DNA of 64,000 nt from Octopus vulgaris (GCA_951406725.2 OX597842.1:21204001-21268000); one strand, 5' to 3'; positions 29,009-42,544 are shown, counted from the stretch's first letter. A program made the numbers and translations. Notes: a model not told the origin generated them from the sequence alone.

Positions 29009-30497
29009 TAAGATGGACACTGGTTGCAAGATACAATACAATCGATGTTATTGTCCTCATCATTTACAGTCTGCTCTCCTTGCTTCCATGTAATGGATGG
29101 GTAATCACTGTCCAAGTCAGTTCTTATTCAGAGTTACTGTCCCCCTTGACTGCTTGAGAAACACATCTCCCTTAAACATTCCACCTTTTCTATGGTGGGA
29201 TGCCCTCCCCCCAACACCAACCACTTCATAAAGAGTCCTGAGTACATTTTAATGTGGCACAAGCACTAGAAAGATTTTCATGTGTCCAACATTGAAACTG
29301 GAATAGCTGTAGGTTGCACACTATCAGTCACTTAGTTTGTGCTTGTTATGGGGATCGGCAGATTTATGAGAAGAAATTACTCAGGCGAAATCATCTAAGA
29401 AAACATTCATGGATGACATAAAAATGCTAACAAGAGATCCAAAGTATATGCAATCAGTCCAAGATAGATTGGATGGACTAATTAATTGCTCAAGAATGCT
29501 GTTTGAAACAAATAATGAATGCATTCTGACATTTGTGAAAGGTCAACAGAAGCAAGTGAAGTTCAAAATAGCAGGAGAAATGATGCGAAAGGTTAAAGAG
29601 TAACTTGTAAAACGTTTTGGACTGTGGTAGATGATCTCATTGTCCGATAAGAGTAGAGGCATTGATGTCATTGCAGAAACCGAGGATGGGCAATAAGCAT
29701 TTGCCAAGTCAAAACTTCTGGGCAAAAACAAGATTTGGTGCTTGAAGTTTGATCTATATCACCTTCTTGATAATATATTCTTAAATATCACTTCTTTTGT
29801 ACCATTTCAGATATTTTTTCCTTTGCAATAATCTGTGTATGAACATTTGCATGTTGTTAAAGATGTTTTGTGCAAGTATACAGTGTTTTAGGATACTTGC
29901 TATCACTTTCTGTTTCACCTGTGTAGAACTTATCATTGCTCATCAGGAAAGAAAAGCATTTCATTAAGGAGTCCTTAAATATTTCCTGAATCAGATGAAA
30001 TTCTGGTGAACTGTGAGTTGCATTGTTTAAAATTAAAGATTAAAAGCAGCAACGTTTGACAAAGATAACAGGTGTGACATGAGTTTGTGTCAAGGTCATT
30101 GATGACCAGCTTGGTTGACATCAGAATTAAGCAAAAGAAGAGGGGAATGTTGATTAGTGAAGTCCAGTGGTGAGGGGACAATGCCATGTCATAGGTTTAG
30201 AATGGATACAAGAGATACATGTGATCATTAAATAAGATGATTGCAACGTTGTTAGATTAAGTAGGATGTCTTAATAGAAAAAGGAGGCTTAGGAAGGTCA
30301 GTCTATTTTATTATGGGCCTAAATATTGAGCCATTATATAGGACCACGGTAGAAAGTATAAAACTATCAACCAAACCTATAGTGGTCAGCAGTTGTCCAT
30401 TGATGATAGGAATGTCTTACAATAATAAAATATAAACCATTAACAGAGATCAGGAAATTGTGCTATGAAGTGTAAAATTTGGAAATATTTATTTCAG

Positions 30498-30569
30498 ATT
30501 CTGTAATGGTAGAGGAGATTCATCTTCATAGGGTGTCCCAAAAGTTGGCAGGTAAATGGATGGAACTTG
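30498..30569 (+). CDS. Death domain N-terminal exon DSVMVEEIHLHRVSQKLAGKWMEL
   Basis: ttatttcag / gtgagt. L..V...L...W..L matches death-domain helices 1-2 and joins in frame to GRELGI. Confidence 0.85.
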
Positions 30570-31557
30570 GTGAGTATAAAATACCGAATTTCTATAAATT
30601 TTGCTTTCAGCTAAACTTTTGTTTGTTTGAATGACTGAGAACCGATTCCATTCCTAATTTCCAATTGAAAGTTTAGCTATAAAGTAAAGCTATCACTGAA
30701 ATTTCATAAAATATCTATGGACGTCAGCACGGTTGTAAAATGTATAAATTAGGTCCAGTAGAGTTAATATTATCGTTTGTAAAAGGGGACTCAAAAATAT
30801 TGTTGTTTAAGAGTAAACAGGTGAATTAATGACAATGTTTTTGCTTGTTTACACTTTTAGTAAGTTTACTAGTAGAGTGTTGTTGTTGATGTTTATTTTG
30901 GCAGATATCTGCCTTAATCTGGCAGAATTAAGGGGAAAGGGTTCCAGATGTGCCATCGCTCTTTCTCTTGGGTGAAGAGGACCACATTATCAAATGTAAC
31001 CTTTTTAAAATGAGAGTGTGCATTGTGTGGAACATGTTGTCATCTCTCCCCTGGCCAGTCTGTTTTTCTATATTTATTGTAATTCTTTAGTCCCAGGTCA
31101 ACATATATTTCCTGTCTCTATCGAAGACAGGCCCCATTGTTGATTGTGTTCATGGCTGGATTGAACTCAGCATTGTAAGTTAATGAAACACTCATTTATA
31201 TTAGAAAAAAAGAATCTCAACAGAAAATTCAAACTCAACTTGATCTTGTTTCTCAATTGAAATCATTTCACTCTCCTTTACATTACAAATGTCACGTGGA
31301 AAGGCATGAACATCACAATATCCCATTTCCCTTTCTCCGACAGTTTAACACAACATAAAATATCATTTATACAATGCTCCTATTATTTACAGCAATGTCT
31401 TCTACCTCCCTATGGTACCTATATACATCTAGATAGAATGAAGCATAGAGAAATGTCTTTACCAGGTACATTGAGCGGTGCTGGGGATTAGATTTGAACC
31501 TTTGATCCCTGACTCAAGGGATCATGACAATATCCCTTGAGTCAGCTGATAGAAACC

Positions 31558-32430
31558 ATCATCTTCATCATCATTTGATGTCTGTTTTCCATGCTGGCAT
31601 GGGTTGGACTGTTTGACTGAGGTCTGGAGAGCCAGTGGCTGCACCAGGCTCCAATCTGATCTGGCAGAGTTTCTACAGCTGGATGCCCTTCCTAATGCCA
31701 ACCACTCCGAGAGTGTAGTGGCTGCTTTTTATGTGTCACCAGTATAGGAGCCAGTCAGGTGGACCTAGCATCAGTCATGTTCGGATGGCCTTTTTACGTG
31801 CCACCAACACAAGGAGTCAGTCAGATGACACTGGCATCGACTACATTTGGATGATGCCTTTTATGTGCCACCAGAACGGGGGCTAGTCATGGGGCACTGG
31901 CCACAGCTGCAATTTTGGTTTTACTTGACTCAACAGGTCTTCTCAAGCATATCATGTCACCCGATGCATTAAGGATACTCTTAAATGGGCCGGACATGCA
32001 ACACTGGCATCAGCCATGGCTGCGATCTCACTTTAGTTGCTGGGTCTTCTCAATCACAGCATATTTCCAAAGGTCTCGGTCTCCTGCCATTGCCTCTGTG
32101 AGGCCCAATGTTCAAAGACCATGCTTCACCATCTCATTCCATGTCTTCCTGGGTCTACCTCTTCCACAGCTTCGTTCTACAGTTAGGGAGTGGCACTTCC
32201 TCACACAGATGTCCTAATCCATACATAACACGTGACCATACCAGCACAGTCGTCTCTCTTGCACACCACATTTGATGCTTCTTATGTCCAACTTTCCTCT
32301 CAGGGTGTTTACACTGTGTTGTGTATGCACACAGACATTCCACATCCAGCGGATCATACTACCTTCATTTCTGTCAAGTCTATGCATGTCCTCAGCAGTC
32401 ATGGCCCATGTTTCACTACCATGTAGCATG
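31558..32430 (-). mobile_element. RTE-type LINE 3' fragment, same family, in the last intron
   Basis: MLHGSETW..CWYGHV; same 3' UTR. Confidence 0.88.
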
Positions 32431-34120
32431 GCAGTTCACACTCAGAAATGATTTATCTAAATTAAGAAAGGACATCATCTACAACATTGCCAGCTTGCTA
32501 TACCTCTGGGTGTCATACAAAATATACCAGTCATATACTGGGATAAAATGAATCCACTAACACCAGGTCCGTTATCATCATCACCTTACATCCATTTTTC
32601 TAAGTTTGTAATGGTCAGACGACTTCTCCCAGAGTTGTTGTGGTCCTTTGTCCAGTTTGATCACTTGTTTCTTTCCACTTGAATTCCAGGAACTTCTTTA
32701 CCCAGATTTCATCTGCCATGTCCCTTCTATATCTATACCATTATCTTTTTTCTTGTACACTATCACAGATTCTTCTGAGATCCAGTTATTTGGCTCCAAG
32801 ATTTCAACACATTAACATTACACTTCTAGAGATGTCTGCTCACCTCATTTCCTGGCAGTTTCCATTGTATCTTTCACATTCTATGTAACATTGCATGAGG
32901 TGTATTTGTAAAGTGCAATCTCTCCCCCATATGGAGACAGAATCCCTTAGTTGCCAGTAGACATAACAACTCCCTGTACATTTTTCATCTCATTTTCCTT
33001 CTAACTACTGTGCTTTCAGAATAGTTTCCTCTACTTCTAATTCTGTCCTTTAGGTAACAGAAACTATCAACTATGTCTTTCATACTTGTTCCTATGAACT
33101 ATTCCTGTACACATACAAAGTCCTTCCTCAGCCCTAACCTTAACCTGCCTCCTTGTAAACTTGCTTGTTTGTGAATGCAGTGATTCTATCAGGACCCAAG
33201 TGTTGTAGGTGTATGGTGTAGATGTTGGTAAAACTCTTCTCATTGCTTTATTTACTCTAGGGCCTCTCCTGTATTAGATTCTTTGAAATTGTGGCCTTGA
33301 TCCAGTGAAAGAAGTTCTTGTTATAAGTCATGAATCCAAAAACCTTAAGCCAGTGCCCTCTATAATATGTGATATTTACCTAACAGTATTATATTTTTAC
33401 TTTGGGGTGGTTGAAATCATTCAGGTACACAATCCCCACTTTTGAGATATTTCTGAATGTTGATAATTTTTAAATATTTATTAATCATAGGTGGAAAGAC
33501 ATCGCAAATGACTATTTCAGGCATTGATCACAGGACGTTATCAAACGACTGAGATTGTATTCCTCCAAAGAGTCTCTGGAGTAACGTTACTCAACAAGGT
33601 GTGCAGGCTGGAGATTTGGGGCCTCTCCAGGTCAAGTGACTGCTTCTCTGCATTGAGAATTCACAGCTCCAGTACTCCTGGCATGTGATTAAAATGTCAC
33701 AGGAAAGAACCACAAGAGGGATGAAGGAGGTGCCTGAAGACTCTTCCCCTACAACTCTCCTATGAATAGAGGGCAGAGAAAATGGACGGATGGATGAAAT
33801 TATCTGTTGGTGGTCTTTGTTAATTCTTTAGGCTCTCATACACTGCTACCCACACAAACACTTCTCCTGCCAGTTGTTCACCAGACATTTTCTCATGTGT
33901 AATTTTCAATTCTTTAAAATATTATTCTCCTTCTCCAGCCTTTATTTCAACTTGTTTGATATTTTTGTCAACATCTTTAGAAATAGATGACAATGTCTTC
34001 TAATTTCCCTGTTTCTTAAGTATTTCTCATTCTTCTATTCACATAATTTCTTTGTCCTAATTAATACAGGTTTTATATTATCGTTAATGCTGTTGCAATT
34101 ATTTCTTATTTCTTTTGCAG

Positions 34121-34326
34121 GAAGGGAATTAGGAATTCGACAAAATGACCTGGAAATCATCAGGCATGACTATCCTCAAAGCGTTAGGGAACAAGGCTTC
34201 CAGATGCTGTTCAAATGGCATCAAAGTACTGATCCAGAGAAACGTACACTTCAAATATTAAAAGCAGCTCTTAAGGAAACTGAATGTTATGATGCACTCA
34301 AATGTTTATCATCAGAATTCAATTGA
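34121..34326 (+). CDS. Terminal exon, death domain C-terminal part GRELGIRQNDLEIIRHDYPQSVREQGFQMLFKWHQSTDPEKRTLQILKAALKETECYDALKCLSSEFN*
   Basis: tcttttgcag acceptor; death-domain consensus (W..LGR.LG....L..I....P....EQ...ML..W......T...L..AL); stop TGA 34324-34326. Confidence 0.92.
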
Positions 34327-34504
34327 ATTTCTTTGTAAATTGTTGCTGTTGCTTAGTCGCAAGTCTGTCTTTACCACAGACCTATTATCAAATGCCTTCC
34401 ATCCAGGACCATCATGTCTTTTTCCTAAGTATAGAGAACGTAGAACCACATTGTTTAATGTGTCCTTCTTTAAGGTGATAAGTTATGAATGGAGTAGGAT
34501 TTGG

Positions 34505-35501
34505 GGATCTTTACCTTTCGACCGGCAGATTTAGAAAATAATTTCTTGTAACTAAACACTTTCAAACTTCGTATTCTGGTAGAATGTGTTGTATAAAACA
34601 TCTTTTACTCTTAGCGTTTTGAGAAAAGTTTATATTTACAAAGTTATTTCATGTTAAATTTGTCGTATTTCGGTAATTTCAACCAATCAATGGCGTGTAT
34701 TCATCTGAATAAAATTACTGCTGTTGTTTGTCAACAACAACTTCTGGCAGTGTATATTTCGTTTGTCACTGTTATTTATGATATATTTCATCTCAGTTAT
34801 GTTTGTATAAAAAACGAGTCTATCTGAAACATGTTTACTTCATGGCACCACCATAATCGTTCGTGCATTTCTACTGGTTTTAGTTATGTTTTTTCCTGTT
34901 TTTCAGCTACTATTTTTGGTAAGACTTTTTAACCCTAACCCTAACACCTTAGCCCTAACACTAAAACCCTAACCCTAACCCTAAAACCTTAGCCCTGACA
35001 CTAAAACCCTTGCCCTAACACTAAAACCTTAACTCTAACACTAAAACCCTAACCCTAACCCTAAAACCTTAGCCCTGACACTAAAACCCTAGCCCTAACA
35101 CTAAAACCTTAACTCTAACCCTAAAACCCTAACCCTAACACCTTAAAGCTAAAACCAGTACAAATGCACGAACGATGTCATAAATAACAACAACAAACGA
35201 AATATATACCACCAGTTGTTGTTGACAAACATCATCATCATCATCATCATCCTTTAACGTCCACTTTGCATGCTAGCATGGGTTAGCAGTAATTTTATTC
35301 AGCTGAATACACATCATTGATTGGTTGAAATTACTGAAATACGACAAATTTAACACGAAATAACTTTGTAAATATAAACTTTTCTCAAAAACGCTAAGAG
35401 TAAAAATGTTTTATATGACACATTCTACCAGAATACGAAGTTTGAAAGTGTTTAGTTCCAAAAATTATTTTCTAAATCTGCCGGTCAAAAGGTAAAGATC
35501 T
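34505..35501. mobile_element. Foldback MITE with ~280-bp TIRs, 8-bp TSD (ggatttgg) and internal (CCCTAA)-like repeats
   Basis: Arms 34505-~34790 and ~35177-35501; TSD 34497-34504 and 35502-35509; telomere-like core 34930-35140. Confidence 0.88.
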
Positions 35502-35591
35502 GGATTTGGTTACTAATTCTAGCAGATCTCTCTACCACCTGTAGACCCCTTTACTGGTTTGGTTCCCTTGTTGTTCGAGATTAACTGTGGA

Positions 35592-35597
35592 AATAAA
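35592..35597 (+). promoter_or_regulatory. Candidate polyadenylation signal AATAAA for the ankyrin-RING-DD gene
   Basis: First AATAAA after the MITE, followed by GT/T-rich sequence. An alternative AATAAA lies inside the MITE near 34708. Confidence 0.35.
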
Positions 35598-36589
35598 GAC
35601 AAACTTTGAAATTTCATTTGTTGTTGATGTTGTAAGTCCCAGCATCTCCCTAAACACTTCCATTGTTATATAGTTTAAATATCCTGTGGAATTTTTCAAA
35701 AAACAAAAGTTGTAAATTCCATTTTGTGAAACTTACTTAAAATGCACATTTTGTTTTCAAGTAGAACCTCCTTGTGGACACAATTGTCAGTCAATATACA
35801 GTTTCTATTTCTCTCAGCCAATATTTTTACATTAGCCTTCATCCAAAATCTAGAAAAGGAAACTTACAGCTGACCACGGGAGAAGAATTGCGTTGGAAGA
35901 TATATTCTGCTTGGTTTAAATGTCTGTCCCTGTGCCTTGCTGCATGTCAAGGCAGAGACTGGTTCCACAGGAAATTGTTTATGTGGTAACTGTGAATGGG
36001 AACTCCAGTCATTGAGACCCATGCGGAATCCTTGAGATTACCAGCATTGATCCTGCAGAAGGACCACAAGCAACCTCAGCCACAATAATAAGATTGTGCA
36101 AGCAGATAATAACGTAGCCTGTGTCATTGCAATAGCCTTGTTTAACATCTAAGTTCTTCGAAAACCTAATGCAGCCTCTTGTCTTTGAGGTGAGGATATG
36201 TCCATGGAAAACCTGATGGTAGGAGTTTGTTGATGAATTTGATTAGGTACAGAGCTTCGTTATCAACTGTATCTGAGCTTTCTGTATATCTTTACCTCGC
36301 CAGGGATCCTGGTCAACATGAATTCATTCATAAATTGTGATATTTCATTTGTTGGAGTAATGGTCTATTTGCAAGCCACACGGGGTCTGTGAAGTTATTT
36401 GCAAGGTCAGCCTATACAAAATCACTTGGAATTAAAGACAAAGGTTGTAAGTCAGGTTGATTTTGAATGCACCTAGACTTTGTTTGACAGAAATGTCACT
36501 ATTTCCTACATCTCTCTTTCATCAGAATGATCTTTTGTAAAAAGTCTTAGATTGGTTGTCAACTTCACCACTTGTACCAAATTCTCATA

Positions 36590-37020
36590 TAATAATAATA
36601 ATGAAATTATTGTATACAGTGCTCAGGTGCACCACAACTTGTCAGACAGTGCATATAAAGTATATGCAGTAATGTACAAATGTCTGGAAAGCGAATAATG
36701 TATGAGTCAGATACATGCTTGTGTGTGTATGGAGGGGAGAAAATCAGGTGTAGTGTTGGCAAATCTCAGAAAGCATGGAAGTTTTGAAGGATGCAGTGCT
36801 CCGACAACTAACAACTGATGCCGGCAGTTTGTTCCATGCTTCAGTAACTCTTAGCGTGAAAAAATGTTTCCTAAAGTCATGGGAGCTATGCTGTTTTCTG
36901 ACTTAGCAAACATGTCCACAGGTGGAGTTTGAAAAGGTGCTCAGAGTTATTGTTTGTAAGATGGTTAATAATTTTAGGGGTGTCTGCCAAGTCAGCTGCC
37001 AGACGTCGGAGTTTCAATGT
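36590..37020 (-). mobile_element. CR1-like LINE 3' end with (ATT)n tail
   Basis: LKLRRLAADL, FFTLRV.EAWNKLP on the minus strand. Confidence 0.75.
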
Positions 37021-37137
37021 GTGTATTTGAATTTTTCTTGTTATATATCACATTTAAACACACATTTTTATTCTGATGTTTAATCTTATATCTCACATTC
37101 TGTATTTCTCATATACTTGATTTTACATGATTGATGT

Positions 37138-39480
37138 CATCATCATCATCATCATCATCATTTAGCGTCCGTTTTCCATGCTAGCATGGGTTGGACGGTT
37201 CAACTGGGGTCTGGGGAGCCCGAAGGCTGCACCAGGCCAGTCAGATCTGGCAGTGTTTCTACAGCTGGATGCCCTTCCTAACGCCAACCACTCCGAGAGT
37301 GTAGTGGGTGATTTTATGTGCCACCGACACAGGTGCCAGACGAGGCTGGCGAACGGCCACGCTCGGATGGTGTTTTTATGTGCCACCGACACAGGTGCCA
37401 GACGAGGCTGGCAGACGGCCACGCTCGGATGGTGTTTTTATGTGCCACCGACACAGGTGCCAGATGAGGCTGGCGGACGGCCACGATCGGATGGTGTTTG
37501 TTACGTCCCCAAAGCACGGAGGCCAGTCTATGCGGTACTGGCTACGGCCACGTTCGGATGATTTTCTTGTGTGCCACCGGCACTGGTACCACAAAGATAC
37601 AAATTCCATTGATCTTCATCTATTTTGATTTGTTTTGATTTGATTTTCACTTGCCTCAACAGGTCTTCACAAGTGTCACAAGAAGGAAGGTATGCACAGG
37701 TGGACTGACTACGTCCCAGGTAGGGGCCACGGGTTATGGCCTGACTAGTCTTGCCGGGTCTTCGGATGGTGTTTTTATGTGCCACCGACACAGGTGCCAG
37801 ATGAGGCTGGCGAACGGCCACGATCGGATGGTGTTTGTTGCGTGCCCACAGCACGGAGGCCAGTCGATGCGGTACTGGCTACGGCCACGTTCGGATGGTT
37901 TTCTTGTGTGCCACCGGCACTGGTACCACAAGATACGAATTCCATTGATGTTCATCTATTTGATTTGATTTGATTTGATTTTCACTTGCCTCAACAGGTC
38001 TTCACAGGTCTTCACAAGTGTCACAAGAAGGAAGGAAGGTATGCACAGGTGGACTGACTACGTCCCAAGTAGGGGCCATGGGTTATGGCCTGACTAGTCT
38101 TGCCGGGTCTTCGGTTGGTGTTTTTATGTGCCACCGACACAGGTGCCAGATGAGGCTGGCGGACGGCCACGATCGGATGGTGTTTGTTATGTGCCCACAT
38201 CACAGAGGCCAGTCGATGCGGTACTGGCTACGGCCACGTTCGGATGGTTTTCTTGTGTGCCACCGGTACTGGTACCACAAAGATACAAATTCCATTGATG
38301 TTCATCTATTTTGATTTGATTTGATTTGATTTTCACTTGCCTCAACAGGTCTTCACAGGTCTTCACAGGTCTTCACAAGTGTCACAAGAAGGAAGGAAGG
38401 TATGCACAGGTGGACTGACTACGTCCCAAGTAGGGGCCACGGGTTATGGCCTGACTAGTCTTGCCGGGTCTTCGGTTGGTGTTTTTATGTGCCACCGACA
38501 CAGGTGCCAGATGAGGCTGGCGGACGGCCACGATCGGATGGTGTTTGTTATGTGCCCACATCACAGAGGCCACTCGATGCGGTACTGGCTACGGCCACGT
38601 TCGGATGGTTTTCTTGTGTGCCACCGGCACTGGTACCACAAAGATACAAATTCCATTGATGTTCATCTATTTTGATTTGGTTTGATTTGATTCGATTTGA
38701 TTTTCACTTGCCTCAACAGGTCTACACAAGTGTCACACACTTGCCTCAACAGGTCTTCACAAGTGTCATAAGTAGGATGGTATGCACAGGTGGACTGACT
38801 ACGTCGCCGGGTCTTCGGATGGTGTTTTTATGTGCCACCGACACAGGTGCCAGATGAGGCTGGCGAACGGCCACGATCAGATGGTGTTTGTTGTGCCCAC
38901 AGCACGGAGGCCAGTCGATGCGGTACTGGCTACGGCCACGTTCGGATGGTTTTCTTGTGTGCCACCGGTACTGGAACCACAAAGATACAAATTCCATTGA
39001 TGTTCATCTATTTTGATTTGGTTTGATTTTCACTTGCCTCAACAGGTCTTCACAAGTGTCACACGTGTCACACACTTGCCTCAACAGGTCTCCACAAGTG
39101 TCACACACTTGCCTCTGCCTCAACAGGTCTTCACAAAGTGTCACACACTTGCCTCTGCCTCAACAGGTCTTCACAAGTGTCACACACTTGCCTCAACAGG
39201 TCTTCACAAGTGTCATAAGAGGGAAGGTATGCACAGGTGGACTGACTACGTCGCCGGGTCTTCGGATGGTGTTTTTATGTGCCACCGACACAGGTGCCAG
39301 ATGAGGCTGGCGGACGGCCACGATCAGATGGTGTTTGTTGTGCCCACAGCACGGAGGCCAGTCGATGCGGTACTGGCTACGGCCACGTTCGGATGGTTTT
39401 CTTGTGTGCCACCGGTACTGGAACCACAAAGATACAAATTCCATTGATGTTCATCTATTTTGATTTGGTTTGATTTTCAC
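37138..39480 (-). repeat. Tandem array (6 units, ~336-447 bp) derived from the RTE 3' UTR, with 61-bp and ~27-bp sub-repeats
   Basis: The anchor ccattgat.ttcatctattt recurs at 37606, 37942, 38292, 38653, 38994 and 39441. Confidence 0.9.
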
Positions 39481-39729
39481 TATATATACTAATTCATATT
39501 TATAATGTATAATTTATAAATTTTAATTCTTAATATTTCAAAGTATCATTTTTATTCTTAATTTTTAATCTTTAAAGCTTAATTGTATTGCGTATTTTTA
39601 AAGGGATGTAAAATTAGATATGTAATATTTTCAAATAGAACCTGAAGATGTGTTGGAATAATTGTAAATCTGACAATTGCATATATGTATTTATATATGT
39701 ATATATATGGGTATACAGTTGTGTATACG

Positions 39730-41230
39730 TATATTGCTGAAGACCCTGCTCTAATTGCTGAGTCACTATCAGAACTGGAGGAGAAGTTTCAGGTGTGGAA
39801 ACAAGGATTAGAATCGAAGGGGCCTTAGAATCAACCTAGCTAAAACTGAAGTCCTAATAAGTAGGAAGGTAGACAAATCACAAACGCCTTCAGGTAGATG
39901 GCCCTGCTTGATCTGTAGAAAAGGCGTAGGTAGAAACTCTATAAGATGGACACATAAGAGGTGCAGCAATGTCAAAGGAAGGCTAACTGGGAAGATAATT
40001 TTTGTATGTGGGAGATGCTCAGGAGTAATAAACACTGAAAATGCGCAGAGACCAACTTACGCCACATTCCAGGGAGAAAAACTAGAAGTAGTTGATAGCT
40101 TCCATTACCTAGGTGACCAAGTCAGTAGCGGGGGGCGGGTGTGCTGAAAGTGTAGCTGCTAGAATAAGAATAACCTGGGCAAGGTTCAGAGAGCCTTACC
40201 TCTGCTGGCGATAAAGGGCCTCTCGCTCAGAGTAAAAGGCAGACTGTATGACGCATGTGTACAAACAGCCATGCTACATGGTAGTGAAACTTGGGCTGTG
40301 ACTGCTGAGGATATGCGTAAGCTCACAAGAAATGAAGCCAGTATGCTCCGATGGATGTGTAATGTCAGTGTGCATACTCAACAGAGTGTTAGTGCCCTGA
40401 GAGAAAAGTTGGACCTAAGAAGCATCAGATGTGGTGTGCAAGAGAGATGTTTGCGCTGGTATGGTCATGTGTCAAGAATGGATGAAGATAGTTGTGTGAA
40501 AAAGTGCCACACCCTAGCAGTTGAGGGAACTTGTAAAAGAGGTAGACCCAGGAAGACCTGGGATGATGTGGTGAAGCACGACCTTCAAACATTGGGCCTC
40601 ACTGAGGCAATTACTAATGACTGGGACCTCTGGAAATATGCTGTGCTGCGGAAGACTCGGCAAGCGCAAGTGTGACTATAACCTTGTGGCCTATGCTAGG
40701 GTGTAACCAGTCCACTTATTTGTGCCTTTTCTTCATTGGACACTAAACTCTGCTTGTGAAGACCAGTTGAGGCAAGTGAAATTGAAGTCGAAATAAACTC
40801 GGTGATTGGCATCCGTTGCTAGTGGAGTGCTAAGAGTACTATACGAGTGAGATCGTTGCCTGAGCAACAAGCTGGCCTTCGTGCCGATGGTAAGTTAAAA
40901 ACACCATTCAAGTGTGATTGTCACCTGCGTCGCCTTACTGGCACTTGTGCTGGTGGCACATGAAAAAAACATTCGAGTGAGATCGTTGCCAGTGCCGCTG
41001 GACTGGCTCCTGTGCAGGTGGCACATAAAAAGCACCATGTGAGCATGGCCGTTGCCAGTACCACCAAACTGGCACATAAAAGCACCCACTACACTCTCGG
41101 AGTGGTTGGCGTTAGGAAAGGCATCTAGCTGTAGAAACTCTGCCAGATCAGATTGGAGTCTGGTTCGCCAGACCTCAGTCAAATGGTCCAACCCATGCTA
41201 GCATGGAAAGCGGACGTTAAACGATGATGA
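39730..41230 (+). mobile_element. RTE-type LINE 3' half with long 3' UTR ending in (GAT)n
   Basis: DSFHYLGD, MLHGSETW, LRWYGHV and GRPRKTW motifs; 3' end ccatgctagcatggaaagcggacgttaaacgatgatg. Confidence 0.9.
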
Positions 41231-41563
41231 TATATATATATATATAATAATAATTATTAGGGAGTATAACTCCAAACTTACAGGGGAAAATTCAATTTAG
41301 TATTAAATCAAATTTTACAATATAAATATATAATATCTATAAATTAGAGATAAAACCACTATTATGCAATTCAAACAATGATAGACATAAACCAAATCAT
41401 AAATCAAAAATAAAATATATATTTTTAAAACATATAACTAGATCATAAAAAGTATAAAAATGAATAATCAATATTATTACTAAGTCATGGGGATGTAAAC
41501 ATACTAACATTGGTTGTCAAGCAGTTGAGGGAGACAAGCATAGAAACACACACACACATAGAT

Positions 41564-41620
41564 ATTGCTTCTCTTATGGCTAAGATCAAGGTCTAATATC
41601 TACTCTTAGCAGTTTAATAT
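41564..41620 (+). pseudogene. RNU2: U2 snRNA 5' fragment pseudogene
   Basis: attgcttctc-ttatggctaagatcaag-gtctaatatctactcttagcagtttaatat aligns to U2 ATCGCTTCTCGGCCTTTTGGCTAAGATCAAGTGTAGTATCTGTTCTTATCAGTTTAATAT. It is truncated and the branch-site pairing region is mutated. Confidence 0.8.
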
Positions 41621-41631
41621 ATATATGTATG

Positions 41632-41715
<84 letters not shown>

Positions 41716-41718
<3 letters not shown>

Positions 41719-42127
41719 CTTGCGAAGACCTGTTGGGGCAAGTGAAATCAGAATTGAAATTGAACCAATCCTATGACTGGCACCCGGCAGATGCCAGGAC
41801 CCCTGGACTGGTGGTACGTAAAAAGCACTATCCGAATCGTGGCCGATGCCAGTGCTGCCTCGACTGGATCCTGTGCCAGTGGCACGTAAAATGCACCAAT
41901 CCGACCGTGGCCATTGCCAGCCTCACCTGGCACCTGTGCCAGTGGCACATAAAAAGCACCCACTACACTCACAGAGTGGTTGGCGTTAGGAAGGGCATCC
42001 AGCTGTAGAAACACTGCCAGATAAGACTGGAGCCTGGTGCAACCTTCTGGCTTCCCAGATCCCCGGTCGAACTGTCCAACCCATGCTAGCATGGAGAACC
42101 GACGTTAAACGATGATGATGATGATGA

Positions 42128-42129
<2 letters not shown>
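41716..42129 (+). mobile_element. Isolated 3' UTR of the same RTE family
   Basis: Matches 40755-41230; (GAT)n tail. Confidence 0.8.
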
Positions 42130-42175
<46 letters not shown>

Positions 42176-42176
42176 G

Positions 42177-42245
<69 letters not shown>

Positions 42246-42246
42246 G

Positions 42247-42315
<69 letters not shown>

Positions 42316-42332
42316 GTATATATATATATATG

Positions 42333-42381
<49 letters not shown>

Positions 42382-42406
42382 GTATATATATATATGTATG
42401 TATGTG

Positions 42407-42437
<31 letters not shown>

Positions 42438-42438
42438 G

Positions 42439-42471
<33 letters not shown>

Positions 42472-42472
42472 G

Positions 42473-42541
<69 letters not shown>

Positions 42542-42544
42542 GTG

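Noticed and set aside
34930-35140. True telomere or chromosome fusion site
   Set aside because: Short, degenerate and enclosed within MITE TIRs with a TSD.
37310-39480. Many ORFs and a CRISPR-like periodicity
   Set aside because: Tandem copies of a LINE 3' UTR with no unique spacers.
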